Below are positions 17,380 to 27,211 of a stretch of 64,000 nt of DNA, piece by piece; position 1 is the stretch's first letter; each line of letters begins with the position of its first letter. This stretch comes from a virus. Where the stretch lies: IMG/VR virus record IMGVR_UViG_3300009788_000087; one strand, written 5' to 3'. The translations under genes and the position numbers were made by a program. The notes under the pieces are model-generated. The model saw only the letters and a program-made list of their open reading frames with translations. It was not told where the DNA came from and did no database searches.

Positions 17380-19061
17380 TTGCTTGAAATCAACCAACCT
17401 AAATTTTCTACAGTACCATCAGGCAGCACTAGTTCGTACGGATTAACTCCTGGACTAGCAGATATCCTGTCATTTGCTTTAACAAATCTAGGATCCTTCG
17501 TAGCTCCCGGTATCTGAGTGTGATCTGTCACGTTTTTACTAATTAGACCCAACAATGTCTTGCTCATATCTTCAGTTAACATGTTTGGAGAAAGAAATGT
17601 TTCTTTTACCCAGCATGCAAGAGCCATGGAAATAACGAGATCATCGTTATAACCCTTCATTGCTTCAGGTTTGCCATTGTTCCAGATGAACTTTCTTAGT
17701 TCTTCAAGCATTCGATTTGATCGAATCGTTATGTTTCTCGTTCGAATATACTCCTCGAACTTCTGTAGCATTAGCGGTCTTGTGCGAACAGATGTCGTAA
17801 ACCCTGGAACATACTCTGTCATTGATGGAAGTGGCAGAGCTGCATTAAATGACTGCCCTGGCTTAAAGTCTCCCTTACGTGAGAAATAGATATTCTCATA
17901 TTCAGCTAACTTAATGTGTTCTAAGCATGCTAGCCCGACTGAATTGTTCTCTACAACAAGAAGTGCTCCATTATAGTCATTCCCTGTACGGACAAGTAAT
18001 TCCGCAAACTGATCAGGTGGAACTTTTGCATAGTACTCAGCATGCTGTGTCAGTGTGCCAATATCAAAGATATGTGCTCCAGAATAGTCATTCCCATCTC
18101 CTCTGGCAACATCTGCAGTAATCATATACTGAATCACTGGCTGCGGTGGTGTCCACACGTGGAGTTTTCTATCCCAGTTTTCGAATGAGACAGGTGGAAG
18201 AATTGTATTATCTTGGATCCACTGCATCTGTTCAGATGTGATAAAGTTATCACCAGATGCATTGAAGTTGCACTCAAGCTCCTGTGCAACCTCTCGCTTG
18301 TCCATTCCAGCTGTTTCTTTTTTGAACCAACTGCTTATCTTGTATCCGGGTCTTACTGGATCATCTTCAAGATCATTAATCCCATTCTCATCGATGACTC
18401 GCTCAGGATGCACATACCACATGAGCTTCGTTAATTTAAACTCATTCTCCCCCGTGTCAGCACCAACAAAAATCTTGTGGAACGTATTTCCGATGCCTTT
18501 CGGAGTCGACATCATTACGACACTACCACCAGCTGTAACAACCGGACGAAGACCAGTCCAGATCTCCTCCATGTTCTCAATATGAGCAGCTTCATCGATG
18601 ATTAGCAATGAACCTGCTTCTGAACGGCCAGCATCCTTGGCTGTTGAGACAGCCTTGATACGTGAACCATTTGTCAGCTCGATTGAGAATACGTTGTTTG
18701 CAACGACTGACGTGAGCATCAGCCATGCTGGTAGATTCTTGATCGCTGTGGCGACCTTGCGAATGATATTTCTCGCTGTCTCTTTCTTTGTTGCTATAAC
18801 GACGATATTCTTATCACGTCGGAATAACATCATCCATGTAGCATATGCAGCTGTGGTCTCAGAGATACCCAGCTGTCGTGCTTTTAGAATGCAGTTGAAG
18901 CGATTCTCTTGGTAGTCCTTTAGCAGGGTTGCTTGATAGTCGTACAAGTCAAAGGGAATTAATCCTCTGACTGGATGCTGAATCTTTACATAATTTCGTA
19001 TGAAATATTCAGGATCAGTGCCACACTTTATGATCTCAGCTTTTAAGGACTTCCTGTTCAA
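17376..19061 (-). CDS. terL: Terminase large subunit, T4 gp17-like (561 aa)
   Basis: Walker A KARQLGIS, Walker B LLIIDEAA, STPKG coupling motif, nuclease ADVARGDG.DYS and DDLVIS. Confidence 0.97.
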   Translation of the reverse strand: MNRKSLKAEIIKCGTDPEYFIRNYVKIQHPVRGLIPFDLYDYQATLLKDYQENRFNCILKARQLGISETTAAYATWMMLFRRDKNIVVIATKKETARNIIRKVATAIKNLPAWLMLTSVVANNVFSIELTNGSRIKAVSTAKDAGRSEAGSLLIIDEAAHIENMEEIWTGLRPVVTAGGSVVMMSTPKGIGNTFHKIFVGADTGENEFKLTKLMWYVHPERVIDENGINDLEDDPVRPGYKISSWFKKETAGMDKREVAQELECNFNASGDNFITSEQMQWIQDNTILPPVSFENWDRKLHVWTPPQPVIQYMITADVARGDGNDYSGAHIFDIGTLTQHAEYYAKVPPDQFAELLVRTGNDYNGALLVVENNSVGLACLEHIKLAEYENIYFSRKGDFKPGQSFNAALPLPSMTEYVPGFTTSVRTRPLMLQKFEEYIRTRNITIRSNRMLEELRKFIWNNGKPEAMKGYNDDLVISMALACWVKETFLSPNMLTEDMSKTLLGLISKNVTDHTQIPGATKDPRFVKANDRISASPGVNPYELVLPDGTVENLGWLISSK

Positions 19062-19072
19062 AAGAAGTCTCC

Positions 19073-19456
19073 CTATAGCTCATATGTGCGTGACGACCTG
19101 TAGTAGTATCTATTATTTAATGAGACCTTCTCGACACTACCGCAACGCTCTGCTTTACGTTCTTTGAGCTTTAAGGCAGAACGAGTACGTGACTTGAAAT
19201 CAGCTTTCAAGCGCTTCTCGTACTCCTTGAGATATGTTTCTGCCTGAGCGTCGACCTCTTTTATTCTCGATGGAAGATCGATCTCAAAACAATGGTAGGT
19301 AACCGTCATTTGGTTACCATTGTGGAACTTTACTTTGAAGCCATAACCAGCATGATCCGAGATCATATCCTCGGTAATCTGGTTAATCATCGCGGTTTTA
19401 TCCGCAGTCTGCTCGTACGGTGTTCCTTGTACTTCGTAGCTCTCTACATTTGGCAT
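19073..19456 (-). CDS. Hypothetical protein (127 aa)
   Basis: ATG at 19456 preceded by AAGGAGAG; directly upstream of terL. Confidence 0.75.
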   Translation of the reverse strand: MPNVESYEVQGTPYEQTADKTAMINQITEDMISDHAGYGFKVKFHNGNQMTVTYHCFEIDLPSRIKEVDAQAETYLKEYEKRLKADFKSRTRSALKLKERKAERCGSVEKVSLNNRYYYRSSRTYEL

Positions 19457-19539
19457 GCTCGATTTCTCTCCTTGGAAAATCAATCAAGTCATGCATAAGT
19501 AGATACTTTTTTCTAAAAAAGCCGAAAAATTTAGTTCCT

Positions 19540-19752
19540 CTAACTATTTCCCTGCAGCATATCACTAAACTTTTCAATCGTTTTCTCATCTGGTCGCCAA
19601 CCGTCTTTCCACCTCTGTTCACGGCCTTCAACGAATTCAATAAAACAATGTGTGCAGCACTTATAATCATAATACGTGTGGTTTGACTTGCTTCCCTTCA
19701 TGATACTCCTGCATACAGGACACCACATAGGTACACGCAGTGATTTTCTCAT
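19540..19752 (-). CDS. Small Cys-rich Zn-finger hypothetical protein
   Basis: CPVC...CCTHCF.EFVEGRE.RWK.GWRP. Confidence 0.7.
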   Translation of the reverse strand: MRKSLRVPMWCPVCRSIMKGSKSNHTYYDYKCCTHCFIEFVEGREQRWKDGWRPDEKTIEKFSDMLQGNS

Positions 19753-19760
19753 TTCTTCAT

Positions 19761-20069
19761 TCACTTGATCACCCAAAAACTAAATTTTTCAACCACATTT
19801 TTACCACTATCTGCAGCTGCTCTCAATCTTACCACACATACACCATCGGGTATTGTCTCATTGAGTACAAAAGTACAATTAACTTTTCTTCCCCACCTGC
19901 GTACGTCGACTTCCATAAGGTCATTATTCGCATCAAGTATCTTAACATCGACGTCATGACAGTTCTTGAATAGTTTTGGATTGAGGACTATCTTAAAACT
20001 GTATTCACATAATTCGTGATATGTCTCACGAAGATCAAAGACAACTATATTACCATCGAATTTCTTCAT
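19761..20069 (-). CDS. Hypothetical protein (102 aa)
   Basis: ORF track; abuts the upstream stop; beta-rich. Confidence 0.7.
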   Translation of the reverse strand: MKKFDGNIVVFDLRETYHELCEYSFKIVLNPKLFKNCHDVDVKILDANNDLMEVDVRRWGRKVNCTFVLNETIPDGVCVVRLRAAADSGKNVVEKFSFWVIK

Positions 20070-20894
20070 CTATTGCCTCGAAAATGGAGACCACGAGTAA
20101 TTAATGGTCGTGTACCACCCTAAACTACTAGTATCAGAATCTGCCCAGACGCCGCCGGACAGATATACTGGTCCGACCGGATAAGATAAGCCAACGTATG
20201 GAATGATTCCTACTGAATGTATGTCCATGCCAAAGTCTAGGGAGATTTTCTCGTACCACCTTTCCTTGAAAATGAATGGATTGACCCCAGATAGTTTTAC
20301 GTCTAGGTCTACGTTGTCCTCGCTCGACGTAACATACGTTGTCCAATGACCATCTCTCGCTTGTGTAACACTTAAAGTCAAGAGCAGAGGACGCTTTTGC
20401 TTGATGCTTACCCAAGCGTGTGGAGGGTTTGTGAGTGTAAATCCCTCCACAGTGATATAACCGAAGTCATTATCAAAATCAACACGAACCCTATCATCAG
20501 TTGGATCGTCTGGATCATCTCCTGGAAGAGTTGTCTCTTTTGCATTAATTGCAGCCTCATATGCTTTCTTCCATGTCGCAGAAACTCGGCTTGCTACAAG
20601 GATCTCTTCATCACGTTTCTTAATTTGCTTACGAAGTTTCTTTATCGTCTCAGCGTCATGTTCGCCTTCAGCTTCAAAAGTCTTAAGAACATCTTCGAGA
20701 TTTTCTAACTCAACAGACTTCTTCTCAAATGCATTCTTGTGGATCTCAACTGTCTTTGTCGACATCGCAATATCGTTATGGAGCTCCACGATCTGTTTTC
20801 TATGAATACGTTGTTGTACCCACATTGTAAGACCCATTGCTATGATAGACACAACAAGAATTACAACAATATATTTCTGAAGCTTCTTTAACAT
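20070..20894 (-). CDS. Membrane-anchored coiled-coil protein, spanin-like candidate (274 aa)
   Basis: N-terminal TM segment (YIVVILVVSIIAMGLTMWV), long coiled coil, C-terminal amphipathic beta-strands ending INYSW; next to a holin-like gene. Confidence 0.55.
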   Translation of the reverse strand: MLKKLQKYIVVILVVSIIAMGLTMWVQQRIHRKQIVELHNDIAMSTKTVEIHKNAFEKKSVELENLEDVLKTFEAEGEHDAETIKKLRKQIKKRDEEILVASRVSATWKKAYEAAINAKETTLPGDDPDDPTDDRVRVDFDNDFGYITVEGFTLTNPPHAWVSIKQKRPLLLTLSVTQARDGHWTTYVTSSEDNVDLDVKLSGVNPFIFKERWYEKISLDFGMDIHSVGIIPYVGLSYPVGPVYLSGGVWADSDTSSLGWYTTINYSWSPFSRQ

Positions 20895-20895
20895 G

Positions 20896-21162
20896 CTAGC
20901 TCTCTAGAGTTGTATCTTGATTTTTGGGATGCTCGGCACTAAACTTCTTATCAGTATAACGTCTTGAGACGTACGCACCCAGTGTCGGCGTAAGAACTGC
21001 TGCGATTTCTGCCGCCCCAATATCACCAAAAGAGTACGTATTGTCATTAAAGATGAGTGTACTACCAGCTAGCAATAGCTTGATGATAACAACTACGAAT
21101 CCCATCAGTGTTAATGTTAGGATTGCATCTGGATGACCGCTAGTATTCTTAATCCACCTCAT
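20896..21162 (-). CDS. Small two-TM membrane protein, holin-like (88 aa)
   Basis: Two hydrophobic helices and a charged C-terminal tail (RRYTDKK). Confidence 0.55.
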   Translation of the reverse strand: MRWIKNTSGHPDAILTLTLMGFVVVIIKLLLAGSTLIFNDNTYSFGDIGAAEIAAVLTPTLGAYVSRRYTDKKFSAEHPKNQDTTLES

Positions 21163-21392
21163 TAGTTCTTTTTCCTTTTCTTAATCCTGTATCCTCGATC
21201 GTGTTCTAAAAATTCCAGCTCTTCACCTTCATTAATGCCACCGTGTGTAAACCGCTCGCTGTATGTAATCTTCTCACCAGGTTTTAAAACATTCTTAGGT
21301 TTCCCAATTCTCTCTCGAGCAGAACCAATAAGGTCTTCGATCATCTTACCAAAACCACCTTCTTTACGAAACTTCAACCATTTATCTTTCAT
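21162..21392 (-). CDS. Hypothetical protein (76 aa)
   Basis: ORF track; 1-nt overlaps on both sides. Confidence 0.65.
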   Translation of the reverse strand: MKDKWLKFRKEGGFGKMIEDLIGSARERIGKPKNVLKPGEKITYSERFTHGGINEGEELEFLEHDRGYRIKKRKKN

Positions 21393-21673
21393 TATTCTTC
21401 TCCAAACAACTTAAAAGATACTGGAATTTGATATGCTGCATAGATTTGATTACGAATATATTCCATTTCGTCATTTAAACCCATAGGTTCATATTCCACA
21501 ATATGTTTTATTGTTACGTCATGTCGTTGGATCCATTCACCTGTATATTCAAGCGTTAAAGGATCATATTTTAATCTTCGCTTTAGTCTTGGAACCTTAT
21601 CACAATCATTTGAACAATAAAAAGAAGTAAATAACATCTTCAATTCTATTCCACAGTGTTTACAGTTATTCAT
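21392..21673 (-). CDS. Small protein with Zn-ribbon and a portal-like C-terminal helix (93 aa)
   Basis: CKHC...YCSNDC; the C-terminal EYIRNQIYAAYQIP resembles the portal segment EYIQNKLFAALQIP. Confidence 0.7.
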   Translation of the reverse strand: MNNCKHCGIELKMLFTSFYCSNDCDKVPRLKRRLKYDPLTLEYTGEWIQRHDVTIKHIVEYEPMGLNDEMEYIRNQIYAAYQIPVSFKLFGEE

Positions 21674-24600
21674 TTAGCATACCTCGATGTGCGAATATCT
21701 TTCCTTATCAGAGGATATATCAATATTGTTATCAACCATGTCTTTAAGTGCGTCGATGTGGCTGATAATAATCACGTGATCAAATACTGACCGTAAGTAG
21801 TCGAACATTTTGCTCACGTTGTCCATATTCTTTGGGTCAAGCTTACCAAATCCCTCATCGATTATGAACATGTTCGTCTTTGGGAGATTCGTTATACTAA
21901 GAAGAGCAGTTCTTATTGCAATGGATGCTAACTCACGCTCTGCTCCACCACCTAATTCTAGCAGTCGACCTCTATAGTCACCGTACTGAAGGAAGAGTCT
22001 TATTGACTGCTCTTCTGCGTCATGTTCAATGAAGACATTGAAGTCAGCTACTGCAGACAGGATCTTATTGATCTCGTCATTTATCATCGGCAGTTTTTCT
22101 ACAAGGATCTGGTATGCAATACCGTATTTGCCCATTGCATCTAGATAATGTTCATATGCATCACAGAGAGTTCTAATCTCCTTGAGAGACTCGATCTCGC
22201 TCTTGATATGTTTGATTACGTTTTCTTTAGCACCCAATTTCTTGCTATATTGCAAACGCCTGTCATTATGTCCTGATCTGAGTTTTTCCTGCTCAGAAAG
22301 GAGAGCAAAACGTGCTGCAATGTCAGCGTCGATTTCTTTATTCTTAGCAATTGCCTCTTGATTTTCTTCGTATCGATTTAAGTCAGCCTCTGCATCTTCA
22401 ATCTTTTTCTTTTCGCTCTCAATCTTAAGCTTAGTATTTTCGATTGATAGTTCGAATTGTCGAATTAGATTTCGATCTTTCTTTGCAGATGACACTTTAT
22501 GCATGTATTCGTTGTATTTAGACTCAAAATCTTCCTTCTCTCTATTCTTTACTTCTATATTGAGAGCAGTCATCTTCTTAGTCAATGATACAATTAGCTT
22601 CTTCTGCTCTTTGATCTTCGTTTTCTTATCAACAGCAGTTATGAGGAATTGACACTTTGGGAACTTATCGCCACATGGGACTTTCTTCAAGATTGCTACA
22701 TCTTCTTCCCAGCGATCTAGTCTCTGTTGTTCCTTAGCCAGTTCATCTCGTATATCATCATACGAAGCTCTCAGCTCCTCCAGTCCACTCAGAGACTCTC
22801 TAATCTCCTCTATATTGGTCCCCTCAATCTCCAATTCAAGCTCACCGATATACTCTAGTACACTCGTGCGCTTGTCTATGCGCTCATTGAGCTCTTGCTC
22901 TAGTGTGCTCTTCTCTGATTCGGCAGCTAGTAACTTATCTTTTACTTCATGTACGTCAATATTCCATGTAATCTTATCCTTGCTCTCACGTAGACATGCG
23001 ATCTCATCACGGAGAGCTTCTATCTCTGCATCACACAGATCGATGTGAACCTCACAGTCAAGAATCTTCTCATCAACAACCTGAGACTCTACTGTTTCCA
23101 TGGCTAGCACATCTTCTAGGTTGCCATCCTCAAAATCTTTCAATCTCGTGAGATGTTCCTTGCTCTCATCTTTTGCCATCCTTCCCTTCTGCTCGAACAT
23201 GTCAAGGTCCATGAATCTAGAAAGAATCTTCCTCCTGTCAGTCTCCTTGCATTTTACGATGTCATGTTCACGCCCTTGTTCTAGGAATGACGTGAGCAGA
23301 AAGTCTTCGTGACTACCGAGCATTCTCCTAATATTTCGTTCGGTCTCTGACCTGAGAGTTCCATTTAGTGATCGAGTCGTCTCATCTTTGTTGATCTTGA
23401 AGAGATTAAGTGATGTCTTTCCCCACTCTTTTTCCTCGTCAAGCTTTCGCTTACCGTACTTAATGCGTTCAATCGTTCTCTCAATAACGTATGTCTCATC
23501 GCCCACGGAAACCTGAGCTACCATGTGTGCGTTTTCCTTGTTATCATTAATGAGAAAGATATTCTTTGAAACACTTTTCGTTGTTCTATCAAAGAGTGTC
23601 TCAGTTATAATATCAATGAGTGATGATTTTCCTGAAGAGTTTGGAGCGAATATTCCTGTCACACCTTTTAGTTTCTTTAGATCAATGAAGTTCCCATCAC
23701 CGTAGTTGAACATGTTATTCCAAGCAATTGTATCAAGCTTCCAGTGAGAGTCACGCAACACATCTTCATTCTTTTCGAGGTGTGCTTGGTGTCTTCTATT
23801 AAGTTCAAGTATCTTGTCCATTACTTCATTTGTTAGTTTACGATCTTCAAGGTACTTGCGGAGAAGTCGTTCCTGTATCTTTTGGTCACGAAGGTTCTCC
23901 ATCTTAATGGATTTGCCAGTGACTGTCTTGTATTCTTGTCTGCCAATATTCTTGGCAGCAAGAGAGATGATGTCAAATGGATCGAATTTCTTTCTTACTT
24001 CCTTCTCAAATGCCTGCTGTTCTACTAGCGTATACTGCTTAGGGGAAATTATACGAATGCGAGAATTTGATTCAATGTCCTCTTTAGGTAAACTAAGATC
24101 TTCATTCAATCTGATAGTGTAAAATTTTCTCGAACCACCGAGCTGAACGTGTCGAACATTGAAAGAGTTCTTCCCTGCAATATCCCACACAAGAAAACCC
24201 TTATCTGGCTCTTCACCAAAATTCTGTTGAATGAGAGAGCCAGCATATGCAATACGACCAGCACTATCCATAAATTGATGCTTGTGGATATCACCCAATA
24301 GAACAAAATCCAGACCATTGAATATCGAAAGGTCTGTATCTGCTTCTGACATTCTCCACCCAATGTCTGTCTCTGACCTGAGCAGTGAACCGTGATAAAG
24401 TCCTATGTTTATATCTTTCCTATCACTCCAATCATTTGGTTTAGGAAAATTATCTTGATCTGCGCAGCTAAATATCCACAGGCCAGCATCCTGATATTTG
24501 TGTCCAAGTTCATATAGACCAGATCCACTGTGCAGCACGATTGGATATGCTGTATTGCCTTGAATGCTATCCACGATGGGAGATATCGCATCCTTCCTAT

Positions 24601-24862
24601 TCGGATTCACGAGGTTTAGATCGTGATTACCAAGAAGAATGTGGTACGGTGCGTATGATGCAACAGCTCTGATGTGTTCAGAACACATATCAACGAATTC
24701 AGGAGATATCTGGGTTTTCGTGTGCGCCGTATCGCCTGTATTTATGACGAGATCTGGTCGAAGCTCATCTAGCTTCTCATAGAAATTATCGAATACCTTC
24801 CTGTAATCAGAGTGGTATTTTAAATTCCTGATATGGATATCGGATACATGAACTATCCTCAT
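21674..24862 (-). CDS. sbcCD: Fused SbcD/Mre11 (gp47-like) nuclease and SbcC/Rad50 (gp46-like) ATPase (1062 aa)
   Basis: Phosphoesterase motifs SDIH, GDTAH, GNHD, YHG, GDIHK; Walker A APNSSGKSS; coiled coil with PCGDKFPKC hook; Walker B FIIDEGFG.LD; terminal ISH. Confidence 0.95.
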   Translation of the reverse strand: MRIVHVSDIHIRNLKYHSDYRKVFDNFYEKLDELRPDLVINTGDTAHTKTQISPEFVDMCSEHIRAVASYAPYHILLGNHDLNLVNPNRKDAISPIVDSIQGNTAYPIVLHSGSGLYELGHKYQDAGLWIFSCADQDNFPKPNDWSDRKDINIGLYHGSLLRSETDIGWRMSEADTDLSIFNGLDFVLLGDIHKHQFMDSAGRIAYAGSLIQQNFGEEPDKGFLVWDIAGKNSFNVRHVQLGGSRKFYTIRLNEDLSLPKEDIESNSRIRIISPKQYTLVEQQAFEKEVRKKFDPFDIISLAAKNIGRQEYKTVTGKSIKMENLRDQKIQERLLRKYLEDRKLTNEVMDKILELNRRHQAHLEKNEDVLRDSHWKLDTIAWNNMFNYGDGNFIDLKKLKGVTGIFAPNSSGKSSLIDIITETLFDRTTKSVSKNIFLINDNKENAHMVAQVSVGDETYVIERTIERIKYGKRKLDEEKEWGKTSLNLFKINKDETTRSLNGTLRSETERNIRRMLGSHEDFLLTSFLEQGREHDIVKCKETDRRKILSRFMDLDMFEQKGRMAKDESKEHLTRLKDFEDGNLEDVLAMETVESQVVDEKILDCEVHIDLCDAEIEALRDEIACLRESKDKITWNIDVHEVKDKLLAAESEKSTLEQELNERIDKRTSVLEYIGELELEIEGTNIEEIRESLSGLEELRASYDDIRDELAKEQQRLDRWEEDVAILKKVPCGDKFPKCQFLITAVDKKTKIKEQKKLIVSLTKKMTALNIEVKNREKEDFESKYNEYMHKVSSAKKDRNLIRQFELSIENTKLKIESEKKKIEDAEADLNRYEENQEAIAKNKEIDADIAARFALLSEQEKLRSGHNDRRLQYSKKLGAKENVIKHIKSEIESLKEIRTLCDAYEHYLDAMGKYGIAYQILVEKLPMINDEINKILSAVADFNVFIEHDAEEQSIRLFLQYGDYRGRLLELGGGAERELASIAIRTALLSITNLPKTNMFIIDEGFGKLDPKNMDNVSKMFDYLRSVFDHVIIISHIDALKDMVDNNIDISSDKERYSHIEVC

Positions 24863-25797
24863 ACACGAGCTTTCAATCTCAACGCTTGAATTTGATTGTG
24901 TACCCAGAATGCAGTGTGTTTCGCGTGTTTAAACTGTCCACGCGTCATGTCGCCTACATCTAACGCATCATGTTTTTCTACTTCGATCAAACCGACTGGC
25001 ACTCCATAGCTCATAAATAGTTCCATTAACTTCATCTGCTTTGCTCTAGCGTCTGCATCTAAAGCCAAATAAACAGGTTCTTTCGATGTTACAATTTTCG
25101 CAAAAAGCAATGAATCCTCGTTTAGGATTGTACCTTGCAATGGTACTGAATTCTCTGCGACGAACGAGTCAAATGGTCCTTCAACAAGGGTAACTGGCTC
25201 GTCCCAATCTACTAGATAGTCATTGAATATTATGTTCTTGTCAAAGTTACCATGCTTGTAGGACAGTCCTGCCCAATCATAGAATTTTCTTCCTACGAAG
25301 AAGTTAAGATCTCCTCCACTATCGAATGAAGGAATGATGATTCGCCCTTTGTACGGACCTTCAAGACAATATCCTAGCTTATATCGTAGAATATCTTTAT
25401 TCGATATTCCTCTGTCTTGAACATACCGTACCGCATGTAATCTATACGGGCAATCGGTTGTGATGCTTCTTGAAAGAGACCTGAACTCTGCTGGGAGAGT
25501 GGGGACGTCATATTCTTCCGATGCTCTATCTCTAGAATCTTTCGCATCTTTTCTTCCAATGTTTTCTGCATACTTGTCAGCTTCTTCATTTCGTCCTTTA
25601 AAATACAAAAGTGGCTTAAGGTTAAATCCCTTGAAACCACACACCCAACAGTTAAAATTATCAGTCTTTATGTTAACGCTTAGTTTAGCTTTATGGTGTT
25701 GATGTTTCGGGCAGAAGAAAATGCATTCATCACCTTTTCGAAATTCTTCATGACCTAAAATTGATCGAAGCGCTTCTAGCTTTCTTGCTGATCGCAT
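24859..25797 (-). CDS. dnaG: DNA primase (Zn-binding plus TOPRIM domains)
   Basis: CPKH..HK....CWVC zinc domain; TOPRIM VEGPFD, LALDAD, DVGD. Start set to MRSARKL. Confidence 0.9.
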   Translation of the reverse strand: MRSARKLEALRSILGHEEFRKGDECIFFCPKHQHHKAKLSVNIKTDNFNCWVCGFKGFNLKPLLYFKGRNEEADKYAENIGRKDAKDSRDRASEEYDVPTLPAEFRSLSRSITTDCPYRLHAVRYVQDRGISNKDILRYKLGYCLEGPYKGRIIIPSFDSGGDLNFFVGRKFYDWAGLSYKHGNFDKNIIFNDYLVDWDEPVTLVEGPFDSFVAENSVPLQGTILNEDSLLFAKIVTSKEPVYLALDADARAKQMKLMELFMSYGVPVGLIEVEKHDALDVGDMTRGQFKHAKHTAFWVHNQIQALRLKARV

Positions 25798-26327
25798 GCG
25801 TGCTTTAAGTAACCAGCACGAGCCACGCAATATGCATCGGCCATGTCATAGCAATATGGTTGTGGATTACCATTTCTAGTCTCAACATATTTAAATTCAG
25901 GTACGATTTCCCTTACAAAGTCAAGAGTAAGCTTTTTCTTATTACTACCCTTTGGTATAATTAGGCCATCTCTTTTCATCGTCGCCTTCACTGTAGAAGG
26001 GTGGAGCATAATAGGTTCATTAAGTCCACTAAAGTGATACCACATCCACGATACTATTCCATTGAATGCCGCAAGCTTCATAATTGTCTGCTGTGATGTT
26101 CTACCACCAGAGAACCCTGATAACTTATCTTCTACAAAGATGTGTGTGAAACTGTCATCTAGACAACGGTCAACATCATGAAGATAACCTTCGACAGCTT
26201 TGGCTTTAGTCATGAGTGACTTATCGACTTTTCTCAAATCGATATAGTTAGCTGCATAGAATGACCCATCATCATTAAGGTAACACACACCCGTAATGGA
26301 TGTTGAAACGTCTAAACCAACTATCAT
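25776..26327 (-). CDS. ruvC: RuvC-like Holliday junction resolvase (183 aa)
   Basis: IVGLDVSTSITG, IFVED, DMADAYCVA acidic catalytic motifs. Confidence 0.88.
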   Translation of the reverse strand: MIVGLDVSTSITGVCYLNDDGSFYAANYIDLRKVDKSLMTKAKAVEGYLHDVDRCLDDSFTHIFVEDKLSGFSGGRTSQQTIMKLAAFNGIVSWMWYHFSGLNEPIMLHPSTVKATMKRDGLIIPKGSNKKKLTLDFVREIVPEFKYVETRNGNPQPYCYDMADAYCVARAGYLKHACDQQES

Positions 26328-27211
26328 TAGAAATCCAATTTGAGCCGGACGTTAATTTTATCCCGCTCTCGATTTCTAACTGGCTGTGCGAGTTTTGCGA
26401 TGCCGACCAACTTACGCTCTTTGTTATAGAGACCTACTGCAGTTACATAGGTGGTCGGATTGTCTCTTATAACACGTAGCTTATTGGATCCAGAGTCAAA
26501 AGTTGTGAAAGATGAATTATTCGATGCATTTGTTGCAGCGCCGTTAATACGACACATGAATACCTTAGTCGGCACTCGTTGTTGGCCGGCGAATGACACT
26601 CGTAGTAAGTCATTTGGCATTTGTGAACTCGGATTGACCTCTCCAAAATTCAGTAAAGCTGGATCCCTGATGACGATAAGACCCTCACTGTAAAATACAT
26701 TGCCAACTTTATTCCAATGCACACCTCTATAGTTTTCTTTATCTGCCGGGAAAGATGCAGAAGTTGCAGAACCTGATAGATATAGTCCACCTCTACCATC
26801 ATCAACGAGAATTCTCTGGATTGACTGGGAGAGAAATGAGTTACACTCTAGACGAACACTACCTGTAGCGATTGCTCGTCCATAGTATAAACTTGGGATA
26901 TGAACAACTCGAAATTCATTAATAGTTGCTTGTGATGATGGGATTAACTTCTTCTGTGTTATAAAATCCGCATTGTCATTTGGTGTCCATATTGGTCTCT
27001 GAGAAGAATTAAAGTTTTGCAATCTTCCATGTAATGATGAGCCATCTGGCGCATAATTAAACGCACCGGAGCCTGCTGCTCTTCCATGCAGGATCGACTT
27101 GGGTCCATCATTTAATCGTGCATATACAAGCAACCTTGAATCAGATCCACTTAAAACAAGTGTTCTATCAAACTTGATGACATCTCCGAAAAAGTACGAT
27201 TGTATGCCCAA
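26327..27211 (-). CDS. C-terminal part of a frameshifted baseplate/tail structural protein
   Basis: Ends TYVTAVGLYN...IAKLAQP...RLKLDF, paralogous to the C-terminus of 28120-29145. Continues the LamG domain of 27151-28089 after a 1-nt shift at 27170-27172. Confidence 0.7.
   Translation of the reverse strand: MGIQSYFFGDVIKFDRTLVLSGSDSRLLVYARLNDGPKSILHGRAAGSGAFNYAPDGSSLHGRLQNFNSSQRPIWTPNDNADFITQKKLIPSSQATINEFRVVHIPSLYYGRAIATGSVRLECNSFLSQSIQRILVDDGRGGLYLSGSATSASFPADKENYRGVHWNKVGNVFYSEGLIVIRDPALLNFGEVNPSSQMPNDLLRVSFAGQQRVPTKVFMCRINGAATNASNNSSFTTFDSGSNKLRVIRDNPTTYVTAVGLYNKERKLVGIAKLAQPVRNRERDKINVRLKLDF

Noticed and set aside
19073-19456. Small terminase subunit, suggested by its position upstream of terL
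   Set aside because: No recognisable gp16/HTH motif; position alone is insufficient.
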